From Gordius albopunctatus (taxonomy: Eukaryota), in assembly GCA_964276515.1 (NCBI GenBank), contig OZ193909.1:1674001-1738000 (forward strand): DNA of 64,000 nucleotides, read 5' to 3'. The position numbers and the translations under genes were made by a program. Under the pieces are notes generated by a model, which ran no database searches, was not told where the DNA came from, and worked only from the letters and a program-made list of their open reading frames with translations. This document shows, piece by piece, positions 54,201-64,000 of the stretch (position 1 is the first letter of the stretch; each line of letters opens with the position of its first letter).

Positions 54201-54246
54201 GGACCCCGGAGGGAAATCTTGCAAATACCCTCCCACCCCCCGGTAA
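51204..54246 (+). CDS. ING: Inhibitor of growth (ING1/2-like) PHD-finger protein, 5 exons
   Basis: Exons 51204-51339, 51377-51583, 51754-52120, 52403-52649, 53794-54246; [16 protein letters not shown]-domain; [42 protein letters not shown]. Confidence 0.93.
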
Positions 54247-55141
54247 TTGCCCACCCTTAGGCTCTCCGGCCACGCCCACCTCAATTCATGGTCTCTGCCT
54301 CAGAGGATCTATTTCTTGTCGCTCGCTGTCGCGGACGTTTTTTATTGCGTGTTTGTCATTTGGTTTTTTTAAAAGTTTGATTCTTTGTGGAGATGTAAGT
54401 CGTAATAATGTGTCTATTTAACTTATTTTTAGTTTGTCACCTTATAACACTATTTTTGAAGAAAATCTACATCATATGTTTTATGAACAATCGTCGTTAT
54501 TTATTTTAGTAGTTGTATTACCAATTGTCCTAATAGGACCAATCGATTTCAAAGAGCGCATTTCGTCTAATTATTCAAATCAATTTCAAAACGGTAAAAA
54601 TTATATTAATTGGCTTAAATTTTAGGCATTTATTTTCACATATTTATTTGGATTTTTCAAATGACATAATATCCTTACAATCAGAATATTTATTATTTTC
54701 GCTCAAATTTGCCATGGCTTATATCACGGCTATCAATGTCATATTTTTACCCTGTATAGCAGCTGTTCGTCAAACCGCCCGGTTTTCAGCTCCTTCAACT
54801 TATTTTTAAGCGTATGCCTGCACTAGTTTGGCTTTAGCTCATACGTTACGAAGGCGCCGCCAATTTTATCTTTCCACCTCAGCTTATATCTTCTCCCTCC
54901 CTCTCGTTTGCCTTCGACTTGCACCCTCTTGATACGATATGCCCGGCGACTCTCTTAAGATAAATTATCTCAATCCTCTGACAACCAACTTTTTTAATAG
55001 GAACTACATTTATTTTATCCCCCTTATTTCTTGATTCCTTTTATGGCCCCCCCCCCAAGATCAATATCTTAACATTCGTGTCCCCATTGTAGCCAAGTCT
55101 TTGCTCTTCCTTTGCCTTGATTGCCCACGTCTTGTCTCCAT

Positions 55142-56804
55142 TAGAGGTATGCTTGGATCCGATCCGATCCTCCCATCCGAGTTTTTTAAAATCTAAATCC
55201 GATCCTTAATTAAAATTTTACGAACAGAACTTTTTATTGATGATTAAATTGAAAATACATAAAAATAGGGTATAGCAATTTTAATAGACCTGAAATAAAT
55301 ATAAAATTTTATTTGACTAATCCATATTATCACATAAAAATAATAAACTAAATTTTCTGGTTTAATTCGCGTTCTTTCTTCTAATGTTGTTCCAGCCACC
55401 GAGAAATTTCTTTCCGAAGTGGTAGAGGTAGCAGGTATAGCTAAAACTTTATTTGCCAGCTTATAAAGCCTTGGCAGGACTGTTTGATATGAAACCCACC
55501 ATTTCAGCAAATCCTTTTTTGAATCATATTTGCAATCTTCATTTTTTAACGAAAGGTAATTTTGAAGTGAAAAGAATATGCTTTTGTAGGATTCAGAGGG
55601 ATATATAATGTAAAGAAAATGTTAAGTAGTTTATTTTGACAAAGTCATCTGTCCAGAGGTTTTTGCTTTTGAATGGGGGAGTAACTTTAATATTAATGCT
55701 TCTCTACTTACTACATCTGCAAGTTTTGCTGTATTCTTACTTAAGATAGTCCTATCTGAAAGTAATTCATAAACGTTTATATGACCGTGAATGGCACCAA
55801 TATTCAGAGCTTCTTGGAGCATTGCTCTAAATCCTTCCCCGTTAACGATTTAAAACGGTCGAATATCTTTTGAAATAAAATAAATTAGATGCTTTTCAAA
55901 AAAAATTTAATTTTGTGATTTCAGCGAGAGGTTTGGTAACAAATTCGTCAATTGTATTTTTAGCTGAAGTTTTTGGAATACATTTATGATGCAAAAGATG
56001 GGAACTACCTCGAATGTAATTATGTGTAGATATGATGGCATTTCTTGCACATAACATAACCGGTGTATGTATCATTTTCATTTATTTAGAAGGTCAAAGT
56101 AACTCCAAATTTAACTTTTTCCGTCTTCTTTTTTAACTTGTTGAGGCATATTTATTAAAAAATTTTTTTTATTATTCCTTCCATGAAGGTCTTTGATATG
56201 ATAAACAATATTGTTGTATTTGCTAGCTGTTACGAATCCCAACGATTATATTTTTCCCCTTAAGTCAGCATGACTCACACCATCTCGTCAACGACAATAC
56301 CCCTGCACTGTGGAGATTGCTTCTAAGAAGGGAAGCTAGCTACAACATTCATGATTACCCCCGGAATCAAGAGGGAAAGGAGCCACGCGTGTGCTTTAAG
56401 GAAAGGGGAGATTGTGATTGATGATTTTCGGAGTTGAGTTGGGATGGAAAGAGATGCGTGTGCTAAAAAGGAAAGTGGAGATGCTGATTTATCATTGACA
56501 CTAGCCCCTTTCTCGCCAAACGAGAAAGTCTAGCTAGGGAAATACTGATAAATATGTTAGGGTAAGTAAGGTGAGAGGTGGTATTGGGCATCAAAAATGG
56601 TAAAGTAAAAAAAGAATGCAAAGATAATTATGAAAAGGTATACTAAAAATGATTAATTTAAGTAATTAGAACTTATTATTGTTTATTTTAAATTTGAAAA
56701 TCCGATCCGACTAAAATAGAGTGTTGATCCGATCCGACTTTCAAAATTAAAATGTTTATCAGATCCGAGTTCGGACGGATGGGATTGATCCGTGCACACC
56801 TCTA
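55142..56804 (-). mobile_element. Degenerate hAT transposon, TAGAGGTG family
   Basis: TIRs TAGAGGT.TGC/GCACACCTCTA, TSD GTCTCCAT/GTCTGCAT, BED-finger and hATC remnants (LKWW..LAIPATSTTSERNFS). Confidence 0.9.
56228..56500. mobile_element. Solo LTR inside the hAT element
   Basis: TGTTA...TGACA termini flanked by a perfect 5-bp duplication CTAGC. Confidence 0.7.
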
Positions 56805-57099
56805 GTCTGCATACAACACTGTGGGTAAAATAACGGTGTTATCAGGGGCGTAGCCAAGGGGGGGGGGGCAGGGAGGGGCGGCTGCCCCCCCCCCCTCTAA
56901 ACAAAAATATTTGTTGAAATTTATTAAAATTTAAAAAAATCATCATTTTGCCCCTCTCTAAATCACTATTGCCCCCCTCTAATTCCAATGCTGGCTACGT
57001 CCATGGGTGTTAAATAATTCTCCTTTCTATTTAAAACTTACATTTAGACTAAATCCATTTGATGTTTTATTAACATTATATAAACTTTGGACACACCAT

Positions 57100-57405
57100 T
57101 GGAACTCAGGTTATGTCATATCAACTGTCTTGTAACCTTATCGAAGCATTCTCAAAATGGAAGAAACACATATTAAGATCCTTTTGTTTTTCCTTATATA
57201 ATTTCATAAGTCCCCTGAGACAATGAATTGCATCTGAGGTTGGATTTTCAAGCATGAATCCAAATTGTTGTTCACTTATTAAATTGTTTTTTATAGTCTA
57301 GCTTCTACGACCTTTTCCCATCTTCATTATGTGACGGGTTAACTTTATCCCCTGATGGTTGAATTCTTGTACATCTCCCTTCATTTTATAGATTGGTACA
57401 ACTTA
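57100..57405 (-). mobile_element. Non-LTR (RTE-like) reverse transcriptase fragment
   Basis: VVPIYKMKGDV..GIKL..ISEQQFGFM..TSDAI..KEKQKDL; broken frame. Confidence 0.8.
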
Positions 57406-57943
57406 GCTTTCCCCCCACTTATCAGACATAATACTTGCAAGTATATTTTTAAACAGCTTTGGAAGTAAATTCACACCTAAAAGGGCCTAGCATTTTGAAA
57501 CCTCCCATAAGCATATTATCAAGTCTACCACTCAATGAACCTAAAGTTGTGAAAAATGACCTTTTATAGTTTTTGACTCCACTTTGTTTATAAATCAAAT
57601 TTATTGAATTCACATTTAAAAAACGCCAAAATTGCTGTTTTAGCAACTACAGCTAATGTATAAATAAAAAAATTAACTATCTATTTGTCCATTTTGCCAA
57701 AAACTTTATCAAAATCTACAGCCAGTTTCTTGTTCAACCGTATTATTTTAGTGGTGATATTTACACTTTCTAATTTAATATGATGAATAGTGCATTATTT
57801 ATAATAGTTAGGAAAAACCTTTTTATTAAATAATAGAAAAAGAATTCCTTATATTTTTACAAAATAATATATACATAGATTGTGTTGAACATTAGTCAAT
57901 ATTTTTTGTGAAATAGTTGTTAAAAATAATATAAAATCTTATA

Positions 57944-58328
57944 TCAAACATAGTTATCAATTAGATATGTAAGGGTCTGAGATAAATCACCTTGATGCTC
58001 TCTTAAAATCTTCTCAGCTTTAATCTTTGTAAGCTCTAATTCGTCAATCTAATATTTTAGAAACAATTATAGAAATAATTTTACTAAAAATTGAATATCT
58101 TCTTGTTTTATAGAGACAGATTTGTTTAACTTTTGTCCACCAGTTGAGGAACGATTTATTATATTAACAGCCTGTTTTTTTTATTTCAAATGGATATAAT
58201 CATTACCTTACATTTTGTATACTTTGATTAGAAATTTCGATATCTTCGCTATAATCAGTCACTTTTTCAAGATCTGCTTCTCCTTGGTCATATTTTTTAA
58301 TTTTTTGGGCGTTTTCTTCTGCGTTCAT
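57944..58328 (-). CDS. HYPK: Huntingtin-interacting protein K (NatA regulator), 3 exons; absent from the ORF track
   Basis: Exons 58328-58212, 58171-58085, 58048-57944 give KYDQGEADLEKVTDYSEDIEI...VSIKQEDIQFLIDELELTKIKAEKILREHQGDLSQTL. Confidence 0.93.
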
Positions 58329-59671
58329 TTTTTAACTATGAATTTTAACAATTTGTCATATGATTACATGTATATATGTCGAAAATACTAGGGCTTCTAA
58401 AACGGTGCTGTTATATAATATTAAGTGCCGTCCTGCACATACTTTTTAAGAATAGCCTAATTGCAATCGATTAATAGTTTACAGGTTATTGGATGACATA
58501 AAACAAAAAGATCAATTATGGTCAAAAAACAAACTTCGTTTTTTAAAATTCCTCTGAAATGGTAATTAATAATCCAAGAAATTAATATGACCTTGAAGAT
58601 TGTTTTTTGATGCCCTCAAAATATAAATTCTCCTTTTTAAAGGCATTGTCCACCTCCCCCTGGATTACCATCTGCTTACTGCTTGTTACTTATTTTCCTG
58701 CTACAATTTGATAAGCTTAATTTAAAATTTTTTAAACATATATAATAAAATTTATTTTAATTTCAAAAAATGTCTTGAAATTAACTTTCGATCCTAATGT
58801 TTTGGGTAAGTTAGTCGTTAGTTAATTTATAATTGTCAATCAATCAAACACTGCAATCATGTTTTTCGGCGCAAAAGATATTTATTTATTTTACAATGAC
58901 ACAGGAAAATAAAAATCAAGGTTATTAAACAGTGTCGCTTGTGGGAATGGTATAGCCCCGGGCATCTTTTTATCTATAAGATTGGTGAGGTTTTTGTCGT
59001 ATCCACAGGACAAAACCAGGCCCTAAATCTCGTCTAGTCCCTGAGTGTCTCCGCCCTAATAATTCATTATAGGTTTGTATTTAATGGTTGAGGTTGTTCT
59101 AGTTAAACCATTAAGATTAATTGGCTGTAAAATAAGTTTGGAGAAGTTTGAATTGAGATCATGAAATGAATACTTTACGTGCGTGCTATCCAAAAATTTA
59201 TATATTCGTTCCCCCCCCCCAAATGCACACATAGACCTAAATTTTACTCCTGTTTATGATGAATCACGATTGTTAGTTTCTTTATGATATAAATAGATAC
59301 GATTTTTATTACCCCTCTCTAGCGATTATTATAGCCTCTCTTACTTACAGTTATGTTGTTTTAGATTTACATTTTTTTAGCCGTCGAGAAAACGTAACAG
59401 TGGAAAAAAGAATATAATAAACTATCGCGATATATATAGTTGTTAATTTGCTAAGTAGCTTCAACTAAAAACGCGAGCACGAACAGTAGCTGGGTAATAT
59501 GCTAGTTTAACACAACGAGTGCTAACTGTTCGGTGCAATAGTTTTAACCATAGGCTGAATACACTGGTCATTATACGTACACACGTACCAAAAAAGTGAT
59601 GCCAGTTTTACCGCCATCTTGAAAATATATTAGCAATCAACGTTATAATGGGATTCTATATATACTCTCTA

Positions 59672-60225
59672 TTTTTTACCCTCTTTCTCACCCGGGGAGG
59701 GAGGTGTTTTGCCCCACCCACCATTATTTTTTACCCTCTTTCTCGTCCGGGGAGGGGGGGGGGATGTTTTGCCCACCCCTAATTTTTTAACCTCTTTCTC
59801 ACCCGGTGAGGAGGGGGGGTGTTTTGCTCCCCCCCCCAATTTTTTACCCTCTTTCTGATGCGGGGAGGGGGGGGGCAGGGGGTGTTTTTCCCCCCATAAT
59901 TTTTTACCCTTTTTCTGATGCGGGGGAGAGGGGAGGGTGATTCGCCCTCTTCTTATTTTTTTACCCTCTTTGTCACCCGGGGGGTCGGAAAGCCCTTTTT
60001 AACCCTTTCAAAATATTTTAGTGAATTTGTGCGGTCACAGTGGTGACAAATGTCATAGTCAACATTTTCTATTGAAATTTATATTTTTTTAATTGACTAT
60101 CACCCCCCCCCCCTCTCCCCGGCATCAGTAAGAGGGTAAAAAATAAGGGGGGGCCAAAACACCCCCCTGCCCCCCCCCCTCTCCTTCGCGTCAGAAAAAG
60201 GGTAAAAAATAGGGGGGGGGCAAAG
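59672..60225. repeat. G/C-run minisatellite (~58-bp unit), about 6 direct plus 2 inverted units
   Basis: TTTTACCCTCTTTCT...CGGGGAGGGGG..GTTTTGCCCC repeated; reverse-complement units at 60100-60225. Confidence 0.85.
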
Positions 60226-60481
60226 TTCTTAATTTATTTATGATATATAATATGAGCAAATATTGTATGTTACGAAATTTTAACAAATAGCAATTCAATC
60301 TACTATCTGCTCGAATTTACTGCTCAGCTCGACCTCCTGCTAAATTTTTAAACAGATTTGGCTGCTTCGACTAACCTCTCGAGCATTTTTACGTGCTACT
60401 GTCATGTAAGGGTCTGTCTGAAACAGATACCAACCTGAAAATGAAAATATGTATATGGAATTGACTAAATATTGTATAATT

Positions 60482-60614
60482 TAGTGTTGTAAGAACGGGT
60501 GAGTTTTGTTTGGTCGGCCCTAGGTTTCGGTCGACTAAAAATAAACAGACCAAGGGGTTTGCCCAAAACCAAAGGTCGACCAAACAAAACTCATCCGTTC
60601 TTCTTACAACACTA
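60482..60614. mobile_element. Small MITE (TAGTGTTGTAAGAA ends)
   Basis: Terminal inverted repeats; relatives near 40080-40207 and 62993-63041; TSD not evident. Confidence 0.7.
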
Positions 60615-60620
60615 ATATAT

Positions 60621-61568
60621 GATTGTACCGAAGATCAGACAGATCAATGTCAAAGCACCCAATGTCAACCAATACAGTGCTAACGTAGGGTTAATTAGGA
60701 TGGCATTAAAAAATGTTGGAGCCCTTGAGTCGATTGCCTTTCGTCTTGTTGATAAACTAATGGAAAAACAAGATTTTAAATATTAATTGCTATGAAAATT
60801 ATGAGCTCGCTTTTTGTTGTCCGTCCAACATGTATCTTAATTGCTGGTTCAATACCCGGAGAGGGCAAAAAAACTTTTTAATTAAATTAATATATTTTTG
60901 TTGTTATTACCATTGATAATATGGCTTTTTGACCCTGTCCTGGCTATTGACCAAAGAAAAAAATGACCATTGGCCAAATTGTGATTCGAAATTTTTTGTT
61001 TTGTTTTTGAATTGGTATATTAGGTAAACATTGTTAATTACCCTATGCCCTCCCCTAGAAGTACCTATGCCTCTACTGATATGGGTCCCTGTGCCCCACC
61101 CCCTACAAAAGCCTATGCCTCTACTGATATGGGTTCGAATCCCGGCGAGGTAAAATTATTAATTGCTGGTTCGATACCGGGAGAAAGCAAAACTTTTCAC
61201 TAATTGCATTGGAAACTTTTTAATTACATTCGATTTTACTTATCGCGATAGGTTATTGGTGAAGTCTATAGTGTGCCTGCTTTTCAATTTTGTGACGAGG
61301 GATTAATCTGTCAACAACCCCCTGATGCTGAATTAATGCAACGAGAAGAAATTTGTGTAGCCGGACAACCTAAGTTTTGTTATTAAGATTTAAAATATTC
61401 AATTTTATTACTATAAACAATACTAAAATTTTAAATTGATTTATATAATTTTAGAAAAGGGGTGAGACTTGTGGTCCTAATAAGCAGTAAGGCACTTGCG
61501 AGACTGGTCTCTATTGTGATCAATTGAGTCCTGGTAATGTAGGTGTTTGTAAAGAGAAGCAATCATGA
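60621..61568 (+). pseudogene. Degenerate paralog of the single-IGFBP-domain gene
   Basis: Exon 61252-61386 VIGEV..CDEGLIC..EICV; exon 61455-61568 RGETCGPNKQ*GTCETGLYC..GVC with in-frame TAA; disrupted Cys-rich N-half near 60621-60705. Confidence 0.6.
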
Positions 61569-63106
61569 ACAAGCACGTCCTGAATTTAAAATTCATTTAT
61601 TTTTATAAACAAATATACGAAAATATACGAAAATTTACACACAAATATCTTATTTCATCACCATTCTAATCGACCTCAATTTTACGATAAGTTTTCTATT
61701 TAATAAAAAAATTCAATTTTATATAAATTTTAATTTAATAAGAACGGGCGGCAAATTGCAAATAAATTAAGTTGAATAAGCAACAAACGATTTCATGATG
61801 TCACATAATATAAATTTACTAAAGCTTATTTTAATGATAATTATTATTTGTTAGAATCAACAAATTATAAAAATGAAAAATTCACTTGCCTTACAGGTTT
61901 TGAGATTAATCCTTATTATTCGCATAAATGAGTAAAACTATGATAAGATTTATTCGCAAAATTACTCTTTAAAATTTTAGTATAATTTTCAATATGGCAC
62001 AAGCCTACTCCGTAAATCCCAAAGGGAGGGTCCTTAAAATTTATAGTAAATATATGATATTTTAACCTATCACAAAATTTTTGTTATTAAATACAGTATA
62101 TAATTACAAAAGAACTAAATAAAACGATTGCATGCAATTGGTATTTTAATGTTTGAAATTCAGTAACAGTAATCCATTTGTGTTCTTGGTTGCCAAACGT
62201 TATTCAACAAACTGCTGCCAAAGTGTCTGATACACCAATATTGATATTATTGAGTGTTTTATCTATTGGCGTAGCAAGTATTGGAATTAGAAGGGGCAAA
62301 ATGATATTTTTTTGAAAGTTTAGTCACAATTTAAATAAATTAGAAAAAAAATTGGATTTAGAAGAGGGCAGCCGCCCCTTCCTCCCTCCCTCTGGCCTAG
62401 CCCATGGTATTAACTATAAGAAAATTTGATTTTTCAGTTACTTATGATACAAATTAAGCAGATATGATTAATTTTTCCATATAAAAAATATTGGCATCTT
62501 AAAAACTGTGATTGTCGTCCTCTCGTCTCCTGTCAAAAAATTGCATAGCAAATTTAAATGCTACAGAAAAAATAAGGTGGTTGCTTAGCACAAAAACAGC
62601 CAGGCCTCAAGGGCGGAGCCTCTGGCGTGTTTTAAAGGACCAAGTTTTATCATTAAATTATAAGTAGAGGTCAAAATAATTTGTTAAAAGGGGGAAACCT
62701 TGTAATGATCCTAGTTTATTAAGGCTAACTTTAACGAATATAATTAGAAATAGATATATTAAGTATATACACAACTAAAATAATTTTCAATTTAATCTTA
62801 TGGGGTCACAAAATTTTACAACAAAAGTTTGTGAATTATCATCTTCAGGCTATAAAATATTTTTTAAAACGCTCATCGAATGTCCCTAAATCAAAATTTT
62901 TTAACCCCTCGGAATATTCCTGATAAATTATTACTAAGGTGTAAAACAATAATAATTTTTTACAGTTTGTTTTGATCATATGTGCAATCATCCAGTGTTG
63001 TAAAAACGGATGGGTTTTGTTCGCCCATTTTTACAACTCTATGCAATACTAGTAGCATACAGATTCCCATTTAATAATATATTGTTTTTCAAGGTATTGT
63101 AAGTAG

Positions 63107-63308
63107 TAGAGTTGTTATATTGCTAACTTTCTTCAACTCCAACTACCATCTGCTCGAGTTTCTGCTCGGCCCTCGAGCATTTTTATATGCTACTGCTCTA
63201 CCTAGTGCACCAAAAGCGAGCACATATTGTGCTAACGCGCATATTAAGCAACTCAGTGTGTGTGCTCGCGTCTGGAGTTTGAAGAAAGTTAGCAATTTAA
63301 CAACTCTA
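63107..63308. mobile_element. hAT-type MITE, TAGAGTTG family
   Basis: TIRs; TSD GTAAGTAG. Confidence 0.93.
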
Positions 63309-63372
63309 GTAAGTAGTTATATTTGTCATGCAGGATCAATGAATATATAGTTTACAATTTTATTTGTTACAG

Positions 63373-63736
63373 AGTGTCTTCATTGTCGTGCCCTTGCCTA
63401 AGGCATAATCCAAAATGTAAGACCGCCCCGCCTGAAGATTGCAAAGGAGGCCTAGTGCTGGATGGTTGTGGGTGTTGTCAAGTTTGTGGAAGGGTATCAA
63501 AATAAAACATAGCATTTATCGCTCTCACTCCTTTGTGATTTCCAACAAAAAATCACTAATTCACTATAAATGAAACTTCATTTTAAAATTAAATTAAAAT
63601 TTGATCATAATAGATTTTGGGTGAAGATTGTGAAGGCCCTGATCATATAAAATGTGAAGAAGATCTGCTTTGTACCCTGCTAATAAGCAATGCTACTTAT
63701 GAAGGACAAAGAATATGCATGGACATGAGGTTTTAA
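63373..63736 (+). CDS. Single IGFBP N-terminal (IB) domain protein; signal-peptide exon not resolved
   Basis: Exon 63373-63493 LSCPC..C...CKGGLVLDGCGCCQVCGR (GCGCCxxC signature) splices in phase 0 to 63614-63736 ILGEDCEG..CEEDLLC..IC. Confidence 0.8.
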
Positions 63737-64000
63737 AATTAAAAGTTATAACAATTTACTCTAATTTTATAAATATAATTATTTTTTGCAATTTAGAATG
63801 AGGGAGAAAATTGGGGTTTAAAATCCGGGCAATGCCATAGCGGAGGACTCCATTGTGCTTTTGGATTTCGTAAAAAACCAACATTAGCTATTATTAAAAA
63901 ACAATCTAGATTCAATTATTTCCAATGATTATATTTACGAAAGTCATTTAAATGTTTTATCTTTTACCAAATGCTTTTGTTATATTTATTTAATGTGTCA

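Noticed and set aside
61488..61490. In-frame TAA as stop-codon reassignment or readthrough
   Set aside because: TAA terminates HLCS, NHA and ING normally; the locus shows other decay
1892..63736. A coordinated growth-factor decoy system linking the receptor-like and IGFBP-domain genes
   Set aside because: They are 60 kb apart with unrelated genes between; nothing in the sequence supports co-regulation

Overview
AT-rich eukaryotic (animal, probably invertebrate) genomic DNA with short GT-AG introns and dense, often nested transposable elements. Spliced host genes read from the sequence: a kinase-less TGF-beta/activin type-I-receptor-like ectodomain gene (+, ~1.9-3.2 kb, mostly invisible in the ORF track), tRNA-Lys(TTT), holocarboxylase synthetase (-), a 5-finger C2H2 factor with a CtBP motif (-), an SLC9B/NHA-type cation/H+ exchanger (+), an ING PHD-finger gene (+), HYPK (-), and two single-IGFBP-domain genes (one probably a pseudogene). 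TEs: several hAT-type MITE families with 8-bp TSDs, a 5-copy tandem MITE array, a Helitron, CRE-like and RTE-like non-LTR fragments, an intron-containing MULE, a degenerate Ty3/Gypsy element and a solo LTR. Top leads: the putative decoy TGF-beta receptor, an NHA lacking the ion-binding Asp, a satellite-like MITE array, altered biotin-binding residues in HLCS, and paired alternative terminal exons in the IGFBP-domain genes. All gene models are manual splice reconstructions and family calls come from remembered motifs; no search was run.
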